A DNA stretch of 63,249 nucleotides, the filler included, from Phoronis australis (lineage: Eukaryota; Animalia; Phoronida): assembly GCA_002633005.1 (NCBI GenBank). It is 7 parts of 7 records of this genome, joined end to end, with 100 filler letters (N's around TTAATTAATTAA, not from the genome) between each part and the next. Parts side by side here need not be neighbours in the genome. Positions count along the whole stretch, not along the records: positions 9,193 to 28,221 come from NMRA01000446.1; 6 more parts are not named here. One strand, 5' to 3'. Position 1 is the stretch's first letter, and every line of letters begins with the position of its first letter. Below are positions 13,114 to 26,224 of the stretch, piece by piece. A program made the position numbers and the translations under genes. Below the pieces are notes generated by a model. That model was given only the letters and a program-made list of their open reading frames with translations. It ran no database searches and was not told where the DNA came from.

Positions 13114-13937
13114 CTACAAAGCAAAATAACTATTTTAGTTTTTGTACAATTTTCACAACCTGCTGCACCATCACTTCTACTGCAAAACACTGTCCACTTC
13201 TAAAGATATGCAGGAATTTTTACTGCTGATTCTTCACCTGTGCACTGGGCAGCTTTAACCAAGATCAATGAGAGCTGGCTCCAGAGTCAGACAGTTGTGA
13301 TGCCTGTACATACTGGTGAATTTTCAAAATGTATAAACCAATAATTTTTGTTAAAAGTAGATGTTACAATGGTATTCAGCTGTAGTAAGCAACACAGTAT
13401 GATTTTCAAATTTAAAAAATACCAGGTGAACCAACAAGCTAAGTTTACAAACATTGGTTACGGATTGAGGCGAAATGTCCGTGAGTATTGATATACTAGG
13501 AGGATTTACAAACACTGATCCTAATTAACAATATCACATGGTTTATTCTTTTAGCACACAACTAAAATACACTACAACAAATAAAAACAACGTATGGTGA
13601 CCAAATTAGATGTCAATAGCTTTTAAGACAGGGCTCACGACCGCCCAGTCATGTTCTTGAACTATTTTATTTGAGGAGTAACATGCTACAGGAAAACTGT
13701 GATATTCGCGACAGTATGCAAAATGACGACAATCAGCTGGCGATGAAACAGGTGTTGTAAAGACTAAGGCTAGCTTCAAGGCCAATGAGAAGATAAGTCG
13801 GTGGGCATGAGCTGACTACCACGTTTCACTGATGATCAAAATCTGCCACCGTTTTGGGACTTCAAACTTAAACATAATATCAAAAGAAAGCAGCATGGCA
13901 GGAAACAAAACAAAGTAGACTACGGTACCATAGAGTA

Positions 13938-15668
13938 TTAACAAGAGCAACAAGGAGCGTTGAAATGTGCCATGCAAGAATGCACCGCAAATGGTGTGCT
14001 TCTAGGGTCCTTATTTGTATTATAAAAGTGGCCACTAGATGGTGCAAAGTACGTTGAATCCATCCGAAACGAGAACATATCATTTCTTAATTAAAAGCTA
14101 TTTACCAAATTTCAAGAAACTTCAGAGATGCAGATGAAAACTTAAAAAATGAAACTGCCACCAGGGGGCACAGCATTTGTCGGATCCATCTGAAAGTCGT
14201 CGTCTTTTGTTGTCAACATCATATAAATACACTTGCTGAATTTAATTAAGATAATGCAGTAGGTTTAGGAGAAACAGCTATGGCCGCAAAAAACAAATCT
14301 GCCACTAGGAGGCGCCACAGCAGTCAAAGTCGTTGGAAAATCATTGTCAATCATTCTCCTTAAACTAAGAACATATATGGCAATTTCAACAATCATCGTT
14401 AGAGTGCTTTGGTTGATAGAGGGGCAGACACCAAAAAACAGATTAGAAAACAGTAAAAATGGCCACTAGATGGCGCAAAATGCCTCAAAGCCATCCAAAA
14501 AATGGCAACACNCATTTCTTAATTAAAAGCTATTTACCAAATTTCAAGAAACTTCAGAGATGCAGATGAAAACTTAATAAATAAAACTGCCACCAGGGGG
14601 CACAGCATTTGTCGGATCCGTCTGAAAGTCGTCGTCGTTTTTTGTCAACATCATATAAATACATTTGCTGAATTTAATTAAGATAATGCAGTAGGTTTAG
14701 GAGAAACAGCTATGGCCGCAAAAAACAAATCTGCCACTAGGAGGCGCCACAGCAGTCAAAGTCGTTGGAAAATCATTGTCAATCATCCTCCTTAAACTAA
14801 GAACATATATGGCAATTTCAACAATCATCGTTAGAGTGCTTTGGTTGATAGAGGGGCAGACACCAAAAAACAGATTAGAAAACAGTAAAAATGGCCACTA
14901 GATGGCGCAAAATGCCTCAAAGCCATCCAAAAAATGGCAACACATCATTGTTTCGCTAATAGAAAGCTATTACCAAAATTTCATAAAAACCTGTCAAGGA
15001 ACTTCAGAGAAACAGAGGAAAACAAAAAATGAAATTGCCAGCGTTTGTTGGATCCATTTGAAAGTCATCGCTCTGCATTGTTAACTTCATGTAGATACAT
15101 TTGCTAAATTTGATAAAGATGATGCAGTGGGTTTAGCACATACAGATATTGGCGCAAAAAAGTGCCACTAGGAGGTGCCACTGTAGTTGAAGTCATCAGA
15201 AAATGATCGTTAACTGTTCTCTTCACAATAAGAACATATATGCCAATTTTCACAATCATCCTTAGAGTAGTCTGGTTGATAGAGCAGTGGACGCAAAAAT
15301 ACAGACTCGGAAACAGTAAAAAAGGTCACTAGGTGGTGCAAAATACCTTGAATCCGTCTGAAAACGGGGATATAACATTATCTTACTAATTGATACCTAT
15401 CTGCCAAATTTCGTAAAAATCCCTTGATGACCTTTAACGATACAGACTGAGGTAAACGTAAAAAGCTAAAACTGCCACTAGGGGGCACACCGGTAGTGGG
15501 ATCTGTCCGAAACTCGTTGTCATCTGTTGCCAGCTTCATAGAAACACATCTGCCAAATCTCATCAAGATCCTGTAAGCGGTTTAGGAGATACAGCTGCAG
15601 ACACCAGACGCCCACATACAGAGATGATGGCCAAATGCATTAACATAATATATGTGGGCGCATAAAAA
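13938..15668 (+). mobile_element. Non-autonomous Helitron/Helentron-like element with internal ~145-bp tandem subunits
   Basis: Starts TTAACAAGAG and ends GGGCGCATAAAAA after a CAGA-rich tract. Internal subunits are organised as a ~432-bp higher-order unit; 14081-14511 and 14513-14941 are joined at a single N and probably artefactually doubled. A homologous copy lies at 59627-60270. Confidence 0.6.
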
Positions 15669-16810
15669 TAAAATGACAAAAACTGGTATGTAACATAATC
15701 CAAAACCAACAGTCGTTTGGGAAGTGGCCCCTTGTCAAGATGAACGCAAGTTGCTGGGTTTAGTCATTTTGCAATATTAACAATGTACCAAATCAAAATC
15801 ATATTTTTGACATTTCACGCTGTAAACCTGTGCAAATTAAATGCCAGAGAAATGCCAATTTCAGTGCAATAACAACCACCACTCCTAAGAAAGGTGTTCC
15901 GACAATAATTACTTTTCCATTTTGTTGGCTGAATACACAGGGCATGTTGAATAGTTGTGAGAGGACAATCTGAGGGTGGTGACCAGTGTAATGGAGACAT
16001 TCATTGGTCACATGACTAGTCTTTCATTATTGATCTAAGTTAAGTATAATGGTCACAGGACTGACGAATTTCACATGACCAGAACTGACCATTGTTTCAC
16101 AGTCGAAAGTTTTGCACGTTTACTAAGCTGAATACCTAATGCCTTGTAATCTATGACATTCAAAATGATTGCAAATTCACTGAGATCTCACAAAATGCCA
16201 GTGAATGTTGATAACATGCATGTGATAGGTGCAATGCAGGTCCACTCATAAGGAATTGTACATGTGAAGTTCAGCTGAAACAGTTTTGTCTTCATGAAGA
16301 ATCTGTGACGTGAATGTCTGACAATCCATTGAATGTGAAACAATCGTGATGACTGTTGGCAGGAGGTTTAGAACAGCAAACGATGGCTATAAGGATGTCT
16401 TATCATACACTCTTCACAAATAGACTGCTTACAAACTGGTAAACAGTTTCCATTTAATCTTGCAAATATGTTGTGATAAAATCACATGGAGACTAATCAA
16501 GCTGCAAGAAGCAGTGTTTAAGACTATTCAGTGTGATTCCTATTCCTGTGATGCTAAACTTTCAAAACAGCCTCAATAAGATTTAGACCAAGTAAATTTT
16601 CATGTATTTATCACATAAGGTATTCAAAATGTGGAGTACTATTTTGTGTAACAACAAAATTTTACTCTCTTATGGGAGACATAAAAACAATTACTTGTGC
16701 AGTCAGCCTTTAAAAATGAGAACTCCAATTCATGAATAGGTTTAACACGTTAATATTAGATGATGGCCACAAACTGTGTCCTTGAAACCAGTTCCTTAAC
16801 TCAACCTTAC

Positions 16811-16923
16811 CTTTACACTGAACCGATCATATGAAGGAATAGGAGGACGTGAGGAAGTAGCTCTGTTAGGGATAGGCTCACCATAGGATCTCCTAGATGG
16901 CGACCTAGCACGTTCTTCAGGTC
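16811..16923 (-). CDS. EGF-TM gene cytoplasmic exon (GPEERARSPSRRSYGEPIPNRATSSRPPIPSYDRFSVK)
   Basis: TTTGTCACAG acceptor and GTAAGG donor; 113 nt, phase 1 in and 0 out, open frame continuing the phase of exon 23181-23407. Confidence 0.65.
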
Positions 16924-17445
16924 CTGTGACAAAGACAGACCCCATAATTAAGAAATTGAATTAGTCACTTTAAACTCGAAATCGTGTTAAGAAAACTCAG
17001 AGTTCAGCTGACGCATGTTTCACTATAAAGGTCAAAAAGTCTAATATGATTAACAAAAAATTCCTGCAAGAACTACTCCTAAGAATTCGGAACCTGGATT
17101 TTTTTCAAGTTTATTATAAAAAAACAATACGTAATGATAAGATTTAGGCCAGTACACATGCACCTGGGTGAAACATGAAATAAGCACATTTTAATGCTAA
17201 ATTAACAGGCTCCTTCAATATTAATTATGTTTGCCTGCATTAATAACTAACTAATATCAGTGCTACCAAATTTACAGCTTGTTCTATTACTTACGACAGG
17301 CGCAGTTACAACCAGTGACAAATTTTGTTTGAGAAACACAGACAAAAAATACAACAGGCTTAAATCCCACTTATAACTAAAAAGGTGACAAGTCCTTTTA
17401 GTGAAACAACAGGCTCTTGCATCCAAATACTAGCTTCTCTATTAA

Positions 17446-18766
17446 AGGCGAAGGCAACCTTTTTTCATGTCACTTTTAGCAAAAATAAGGTTCGTTGATT
17501 ATCCCAGACACATTTTTCACTTAATTACAGCTTTTCGTAATTTGATTAATTTCTCGTCCTCTACTCCGGAAGTGACGTTTTGGGAGGCAAGAGTTTCACA
17601 ACAATTTGTTTTCATTACGGTCTGACTGAGAGCTGTCGAGTCAGTCATCGTTATACCTCAGTTGTGATAAGTTCGGTCGTCGTTTGCTTTTGTTTACAAG
17701 TCGATCAGTCACCATGCTGTTGCTGCGTGCTGGAATGTACTCATCGTCTCAAAATCGCCTTGGGTACCTTGCGTCGCTTTCCGAAGGACGACACACTTCC
17801 CCGTACTTGGCTAGCTCGTTCATGTGAAGAACGCAGCGCTACCTGTCCACGCAACGTACAAAGCAGTGTAGGGTTACCGAGTGTGTGGCAAGCATTTTCT
17901 GCCGTCAGATTACGACAGAGATATGTACGCCGAATTGATGAAGGTTCCTGCGAAACAACGCCTGAAGAAGGGTACCATACCATTGCTGTTGATTCCCGGC
18001 AGTGCCCCGTCGCCAACCCCGAGAAGTGTGTTTTTGAAGCGAGAAGCCTCGTGAGCTGTGGCCACTATACACAGTGACTGGAGGCTCTTCATCTGTCACC
18101 CGTGCCTCCGAGTGTACGCCATTGCGTGCACTTCCGGGAACTAGCAGTGATTTGCTCTGTGCTGTTGTCTCTAGCCCAGAGCCTGTAAGCAGCCCTGCAG
18201 CAATGATGAATAGTGGTGGTGAATACAGGCCCAGTTCGACACTCAGTGAAAAGGATAGTTCGTCATCCAATGGACAGATCTGTGAGCCTAAGTTTGATAA
18301 GTTTGTTGTGGACTTGTATTGGAGCTATTTAGAAGGTGCCAGGTGTGTAGCGAGCGAGTCACACAGCGGGATGCAAGCAGTTTGGGTGCTCAAATCACCC
18401 TCCAGTGGGAGTGTGTCGCAGGACACTCGGGCAAGTGGGACAGTTCTTCCTCTGTACGCGAGACGATGAGTACACCCCAATACGTAACAACAGCGTGGCA
18501 TGTTGACCGACTCGTAAGCAAAAGCAAACGACGACCGAACTTATCACAACCGAGGCAGAACAATGACTGACTCGACTGCTCTCACAGTCAGACTATATGA
18601 AAAGAAATTTGCGCGAAATTCTTGCCTCCCAAAACGTCACTTCCGGAGTAGACGACGAGTAGTTAATTTAATTACGAAAAGCAGTAAATAAGTGAAAAAT
18701 ATATCTGGGATAATCAACGAACCTTCTTTTTGCTAAAAATGACATGAAAAAAGATTGCCTTCGCCT
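17446..18766 (+). mobile_element. Kolobok-like DNA transposon deletion derivative with THAP domain and ~305-bp inverted arms
   Basis: TTAA on both flanks and AGGCGAAGGC...GCCTTCGCC(T) ends. Frameshifted THAP finger: CCVLECTHRL..FPKD..W, then in the +1 frame RVCGKHF...LKKGTIP. Downstream LFRRCQVC...WECVAGHSGKWDSS resembles the N-terminal region of THAP-containing Kolobok transposases. No catalytic core is present. Confidence 0.75.
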
Positions 18767-19359
18767 TAAACTTCACGCATATCACACATATCTTGTAAAG
18801 GAATGGTAGATGATCTTCCTACCATTAACAGCATATTTTTCTTCCAAGTTTTACCTTATTATAAAATTCTAATTCTTATCACCACATTTCTTTTCAAATA
18901 AACTGCAGTTATTTTATACTTTCACAGTAAACATCAGTTGCACGTGCTGGCACTATGTAGTATATGCTTGGTACAATGCATCCAATCTCCTAGATCAAAC
19001 ATCGCATTTCACTCTTTAGACCGGTCCACTAATTCGTTTGTGCAAGGCTAAATGATGCCTATTTCCAGCCGTCTTATTGGTCTGTTCTATCCCATGCCAT
19101 GAGCTTGGTTAGCTCAAAGTTCATGAGGGCGTCTTCCCGTTCAGTGACTTTGCCAGACATAGAGGGTTGTGAGCGTGTGATAACATCTAGCTTCTTTGTT
19201 AACTGCCAAGCACACTTTGTCTGGTACAACAACAGACAGGCCAATTATCTATAGACCACATGTAAACACAGTCAAACCCAGAGCAAATTGGTACATTCGG
19301 TTAGAATAGATTGTCCTAACTTTGGTTGCACTTGGGCGATTTTGGCGATTCAAAAACTA

Positions 19360-22300
19360 CCATACTCGTCTGGTAGGTTACCCCCATGCTCGGCTTACTG
19401 CCCACCCCAGAAATTTCTAATTTTTCATTTTTGAGCGCCCATGCTCAACTTACTGCCCACCCCCAATTTTTTATGATCGAGACCTCCTTAAAAGTGTGTG
19501 TGCTTTTTGAACCTTCATCTCGCAAACCTAAGATTCCAAAACGTGCGCAAGTCGCTTACCTTTCAATGACTATCAGTTTTAGCGGAACCGTCACCTTGCC
19601 TTATTATGGCGGTAAAATACCTGTATTCTCATGCCCCTTACTAAGGAGACACAACTGTTTCCTTTGGCTCACACGCGGAACTCATGTCAGCATGTACTGA
19701 TCACTGAGACAGCACTTGTTGAATGTATTTCATTGCCGTGGAAGAACCAACAAAGCGGTACTTGACAAGAATTTCAAGTCCGTGGCCTACCTTTCTGGAT
19801 TCCCCATGACAGTACATGAAACATCTCCACCCAGAGCAATGAAATAAACGAAAGCGCTCCGAGAAGCGAAACTTGGCGAAAAAAATTGTTACAGTTCATT
19901 TGAAAGAGTATACTTCAAAGAATCTACATGCAAAAATTCACATCATTCTCTCTTCTCGTTTAAAATGGCACTCCAGCACGACTGAAAATGGGTCAACATG
20001 TGCCAAATCCGCCATCTTGAAAGCAACTTCCGGTTTTTTGGCTTTAAACATTAGCATATCGTAAAAAACTAATATCTGAAAAAATTCGAAGGAATTGGCC
20101 CTATAATGCGCCCTCTACAGGAGAAAACGTTTTTTCCCGAAATCGAGGTACGCATGCGCAAGTGCCAATATTTCCGCCATTTTAAACGGAAGTAAACAAT
20201 TTCAATTATACATGCAGTGCACATCCGGTCCATTAGTTATGCTGATTTTCAGCTCTGTACATAAAAAATTGTAGCCTGCAGAAGCCTTTGAATCTTAAAA
20301 TGAAAACTAAATGGCTGCCACAGCCGCCATCTTAGATCGGATGAAAATTGCGACCTGTATCGTGCGAACAAACAATTTTTAATGCTGTTGGGGTAACAAA
20401 CAACATGAAAGCGCTCCGAGCAGCGAAACTTGGCAAAATTAACCAAAAAAAACGCGTTAGAGATGACCAGAAAAGACAACGACAGAGATGATGACGATGA
20501 TGACAGCTATGATGACGATGGTGGCGATGATGGACGATGCAAGTTATGATATCATTCATATGACAAACGTAGATGTCAGAAATCACTAAGAGATAGGCTA
20601 CAGTCTTGAGCGACACTTGGCGAAACTAACTGAAGAAAAGACGACTTCGAAGATGATGACGAAGATGACAAATATGATGATGGTGGTGGAGATAATGAAC
20701 AACATAATAACATTCATATGATGAACTTAGATGTCATCAATCAATAAGAATACTTCAATATAAGCTAAACCAACATCAATGCAGCAAGAGCGCTCAACAA
20801 AGGAACAGCGTTATCAGAAAATCTCAAATAACTCGAAAAGTAGACGTCATAGCAAAAAATGGAAAACATCTCCCGTTCAAAACTCTATCTAAATTGATAG
20901 ATCACACAATTCTGTAAATTTTTCGAAAAAAATGAAATTTTGAGTTGTTTTTAAGAAATTTAAAGTCAAATATCTCGAAAACGGTTAATCTGAGAAAAAA
21001 TTGTTAGAATTCACTTGAAAGAGTATACCTTAGAGAATCCACATGCAAAAATTCACGTCACTTCCTCCTCCCGTTTAAATGGCACCTCAGCACGACTGAA
21101 AATAGGTCAACATGCGCCAGATCCGCCATCTTGAAAGCAACTTCCAGTTTTTTGGCTTTGTATAATAGCAAGTCATAAAAAACTAATAACTGCAAAAATT
21201 CAAAGGAATTGGCCCTTTATTGCCCCCTCGACAGGAGAAAACGTTTTTTCCTGAAATCGAGGTGCGCATGCGCGAATGCCAATATTTCCGCCATCTTTAA
21301 ACGGAAGTCAACAATTTCCGGTACACATGTAGTGCACATCTAGTCCATTAATTGTGCTGAGTTTCAAACCTGTACATAAAAAATTGTAGCCTCCAGAAGC
21401 CTTTGAATCTTAAAATGAAAACAAAATGGCCGCCACAGCCGCCATCTTGGAACCGATTTTGATGAAAAACAATAGGCTTCCAGTACTTCCGGAAGTACTT
21501 GTTATGTGTAAATTTCGTGATGATCGGACGAAAATTGCGACCTGTATCGTGCGAACAAACAAACAAAAAAACTTGATGGAAGAGCAACATACTTGGTGAA
21601 ATTTATTTCGCCAAGTAAAAAAACGTGCACACTCAGCTGGGTACGTGACCAACGATTTTGGAAACTCCACTGACATTATTTTGGATGCATTGTTTTGAAT
21701 ACAAGCAGATACGGGCCACTGTTAGGTGTCTTCGTTAAATGTATGTTTTTTCATGACTCACCTTTGACACCAAAACCAACAGCACAAGAAATCAACTTTT
21801 AAATAAGCGCAAGTCGAACATTCTATCCACATCTACGTGGTCAAAAACTTATTTTTTGAACTCTTGATTTGCCTCTTGACTTTTCACGTGTTTTTGCTTT
21901 ATACATTAGGTGTTTTTGCTTCATTATCTTTGCAGCCGACCGACCTCCCCTATTGCCTAATAGTAGTATCGTCAAATTGTTGAGCACTGCTTTTAACAAA
22001 TTCTGGGAGGTCGGTTTGGCTGTTCAACACAGAAAGAGATATACAACGTGTTACATTGTTCAAACTAGGTTCAAAGTATTTAGAAGAAAGACCAGCTGTC
22101 AATCATTAGCACATGTTTGGTTGCCAAAGGAACTAGGGGCAGCATATCTTTACAAAATCACCTGCTTCCCATGACGATCAAGTGTTGTCTTGTCTGATCT
22201 TGTTTTTTCTCAAGAAACTTGCCCTACTGAAGGCAGTCTATCTGTAAGAATACCTTAGTTCCAAGATATGACGAGCAGCAACTGAGGTATGTAAAAACCC

Positions 22301-22576
22301 AATCACACTCGGGATCACGGCGCCACTGTATCGTGTGGGCTATTCCACTTCAGCCCGTTGAAGTCCGTTACTTCAATCCGCTGACGTATATTTTAAGTGA
22401 CATGCTTGAAGTCCGATGTCAGTGTAGCTCCGTGAGGATAAATTGGTCCTTTGTACAGTAACCACCCACTCCCGAAATTTTTTTTTTATTTTAACCACCA
22501 ACGCTCAGCTTAACGCCCCCTCTGTTTTTTAGATTCCCAATTTAAGCGCCTTGGGCGGTAACCCGGACGAGTACGG
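19360..22576. mobile_element. TA-flanked Tc1/mariner-pogo-type non-autonomous element (CCGTA ends) containing a nested insertion
   Basis: Left TA|CCATACTCGTCTGG..GGTTACC and right GGTAACCCGGACGAGTACGG|TA form imperfect TIRs with a TA duplication. Confidence 0.6.
19846..21620 (+). mobile_element. Helentron-like non-autonomous element, two head-to-tail units, nested in the CCGTA element
   Basis: Head GAAAGCGCTCCGAG..ACTTGGC at ~19850 and ~20407; ~480-bp internal duplication (19880-20370 vs 20995-21560); degenerate (GAT)n at 20480-20720; terminal hairpin TACTTGGTGAAA-TTTA-TTTCGCCAAGTA (21590-21617) reusing the 5' subterminal motif. Confidence 0.55.
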
Positions 22577-23180
22577 TATACATGATCAGCATTTGACAAG
22601 GAATTCAGAAATGCTATTGGTTTATGTTCAAATATGTTGCAAATTAACTTTTATTTTTAACAGCACAGCCCAGTCAGGCTAGATAGGATGTTATTGAAGA
22701 TTAGAGCAATTATCAAACAAAAGAGAGCTGGCCTTCCAACCAATGCCAGAATGGAGTTAATCATTCATGTAAGACATTGGCTACAGGGGTCATCTTCCCA
22801 ACTTGTTGTTGGGCTATAGAATCAAACAAGTTGGGAGCAACGGGAAAACGCCGTCGTGTTTCTAGAGTCTGTCAGTCATCATGTGTTTTTAGGAATTTGT
22901 TTGTAAACTCACTTGTTTTCAGCGTCATTGCCTCATGTTATCAACACAGATTTTGGAGTTCAATCTCTTTTCAATTTAAAATTATTACCTTCTGCGTATA
23001 ATTTGTACTAATAAAATTTATTACCTTTAGTTTTTCAAACTTTGGTCTCCTTTTCACCTTTGGAAACTTATAACACATTACGTTAATCAGCCCGACTTGT
23101 GTAATCCAAGGCACAAACAATAACACATTAGAATTGAGGTATTTTCTTCTTTCCAGACTGGCAGCTAGAGAGACACATAC

Positions 23181-23407
23181 CCATGAATGCCGCATTAAAC
23201 ACTGCAATGGATTCCACTTGGTTCATATCTTCCGTGTCGTCATAGAACATGTACGGTGATGAGCCAAAACTTCGCTCAGGAAACGAAGTTGTTGTTTTGT
23301 TTCCTAGTGCTGCTTGACTGTTGATGGATGTTCGCATCATTTGTAACGGATTATCGTACATGGCATTGTATACTTGCTCCTTCATAATCACCTCCTTCTG
23401 CTTCATC
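23181..23407 (-). CDS. EGF-TM gene juxtamembrane cytoplasmic exon (RMKQKEVIMKEQVYNAMYDNPL...FNAAFM)
   Basis: TTGTTAG acceptor and GTATGT donor; 227 nt, phase 2 in (matches the TM exon) and phase 1 out; lies in ORF 23128..23454. Confidence 0.75.
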
Positions 23408-23775
23408 CTAACAAGATAAACACAATTCATTAATTCATTGATAAATGCAAACATTTGTGCTCAACAGCAATCACGAGTGCTTGTTTACCTTCATACAAAA
23501 AATTGGCATACATTAAGGTAATATGTTCTCCATGTTCTCAATGTAACCTACGTCAGTCATGCAGTTCAGTGAACTACAGAAAATACGCCTTGGTGTTTCC
23601 ATTCTATGAGGAACCCAGTCCATGCAAAAATTGACCATTGGAATATGATCATCCCAACCATTGGAATTTGCTAATGCAAACACAGTAGCCAATTGAATTC
23701 AGTCCAGCTGCTGGGCTGTTTTGTCACCTATGTAATCCTTTATGACACCTCATTATGTAATAAAACTATCTGTGC

Positions 23776-25353
23776 CTGTTGACTGTTAACAGCCCAGTCA
23801 CATGGGACTCTATTGTGTTGGCAGGGAATGGGGGTAATGGAAACTTGTGCTTCAATATTCACAGATTTAATTGGGTTATGGCCTGAATGTTTGCCTGTAC
23901 TAGGTCCATCATGCCATTACATTCATCTTCAAAGAATCATTCTGGCCATTGGCGAGTAAAAAAAGACTGACAAAATTTTGGCGAGGTTGGTCAACTTGCC
24001 ACTTGACTTGAGTGGAGAGGTATCCATTTTGACGACAGGAATAAAGTGCTATTTGTGCAAGGAAAATCTTCAGATCACAGTTTGTTAGAGTTACCATATT
24101 GGTCAGCCTGTTCAGCTCTGCTATAGGGGATCATTATCTCTTATCTGATTTTGTATACCTTACCCTATTGTGCCTGCATTGACTTTCATAATAAAGGGCT
24201 ATTGTGGAGATGTTTAAACTGTAGGCTTGGGAAACAATAGGCATTCCTCTGCCTGTTACTAAAGACCAAGCTACACCACAAGGGAAAGCACTACTTTCAG
24301 CCTTTAGCTGGCCAAGCTTAGATATCTATGTCCATTTCAGTTGGCAGTGTTTTCGAAGAACTTCGGCCCANATCGTGTCTTCAGCCGCGCAGCACTGTAC
24401 TAGTCGACGCATTCCCATCGTTTGCAGTAGGCCTAAACATGTAGAACAACAGCGCTTCTTCAACAATTCAGACGACTACCAGTACGACAAATGGGGATCT
24501 CCAGTCGATGAGAAACTACTCGTTTTATTATCATGATTGTCTTTGTAACCTATTTTGGGTAATTGTTCAATCGAAGTTTTTATGTTGAAACTGAGCTTTC
24601 AGATAATATGGAAAAAAACGTGTCAGAGTTAACTAGCGTTTCGCTTTGTAACCAGCAGACAATGCATGGATACGTTTAACAAACATAAATATATGCTATG
24701 TTCTTATCATTGTTCGTCACTTTCTTCATTGAACTCATTCCCACATCCATTACTGTTACATTTAATGCAAAATTCGTTAAAATTGAGAAAGCGCATCTTT
24801 TGATGGTCAGGAACCCTCTTTGTGCGTCGAATACGCAAGTCCAGCTTTTTATTGGGAAACCATGCGTTGACAGCGCAAACTCGACATTTTTTTTATTGAG
24901 AAAACGCATTTTTACAAAAGAGAATCGGTTGTCTGTAACGTTTCATGTGCGTCAACAACGCAAACCAGACCCACTCATTGAAAAGCGCATATTTGTCACC
25001 AGGAAGACTCTTCACAACGCAGCCCGGCCGATATTTCTGTTGACTATTAACAGCCCAGTCACATGGGACTCTATTGTGTTGGCAGGGAATGGGGTAATGG
25101 AAACTTGTGCTTCAATTCACAAATTTAATTGGGTTTTGGCCTGAATGTTCCCCTGTACTAGGTCCATCATGCCATTACATTCATCTTCAAGGAATCATTC
25201 TGGCCATTGGCGAGTAAAAGAAGACTGACAAAATTTTGGCGAGGTTGGTCAACTTGCTACTTGACTTGAGTGGAGAGGTATATTCATTTTGACAACAGGA
25301 ATAAAGTGCTATTTGTGCAAGGAAAATCTTCAGATCACAGTTTGTTAGTGTTA
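23776..25353. repeat. ~320-bp near-identical direct repeat (23776-24095 / 25038-25353) of a dispersed repeat also present inverted at ~9430-9555
   Basis: Direct sequence match between copies; a single N at 24371 lies between them. Confidence 0.75.
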
Positions 25354-25789
25354 CTCATCTGTTTCCTAATTTAGGTCATTTGTTAGGAAGTAAAAATCCT
25401 ACTAACCAATTGCGACAAAAGGCGAAGCTACTAATATCAAAACATGCAGTGGACATGACCAGATTCCATCATCACAACCTGGTTTTATCCACATTCTTTC
25501 AGGCACAGCTTCTTGTGAGTTATTGATGCAGCTGATAAGCCATGCTAATTACGGGCATAGTTTCAGATACAACCCTGGTGAATGAATAACTGATTAGACA
25601 CTAGTTTTGAACAAAAACATTTTAAAATTATGGGTTACAGAAAATTTCATGGTAGGTGATTAATCCAATGGAGATAGCAATGCAGCACTCAACAACTGTA
25701 CAGCCAGAGGACTCAAATAATGACATTTGCACTTTGTAACTGCTATCTAGGAATTGGTGGACAAAGATTCCCTGTCACTGAACACCTAC

Positions 25790-25892
25790 CTGAGTCTATA
25801 ACACATGAGAAGCACAGCCAGCGCCAGCAGAATCACAGCAGTACCACCACCAACACTAGCGTACACGATGGTTAGGTGTTGGTTGTCATAGG
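25790..25892 (-). CDS. Transmembrane exon of single-pass EGF-domain protein (YDNQHLTIVYASVGGGTAVILLALAVLLMCYRLR)
   Basis: CTTTCAG acceptor and GTAGG donor; 103 nt, phase 1 in and 2 out; ~23-residue hydrophobic stretch followed by basic residues. Not in the ORF track. Confidence 0.85.
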
Positions 25893-26224
25893 CTGAAAGT
25901 GGAATGAATGACACTCAACTCCAGCTAGTACCTAATAGGATGATTTGTAGAGCTCTAGGACTATAGTAATCATATACTGCAATGAAATGAATATGTATGA
26001 CAGCATTCACCTTATGATGTTTCATATTAATTTACTGACAGAAAAGTATCTACTGATTTTTAGATGAAACTATTACTGGTTTACTGCATTGCCGTCAGTC
26101 AGTTTTATTGACCTGACTGCTTGACTTATGATAACATTATATCCAGCCTAAAACAAAAATGAACACACAACAAAAACAAAATGCAGTTCACATGATGTTA
26201 GAGTACCTTTGATGAGCCCTCTTA

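Noticed and set aside
19075-19221. Extra exon of the EGF-TM gene after a TTGTACCAG acceptor
   Set aside because: The longest frame is phase 0 while the upstream exon ends in phase 1; the phase-1 reading stops after ~26 unremarkable codons, and exon 16811-16923 fits better. An alternative terminal exon cannot be fully excluded.
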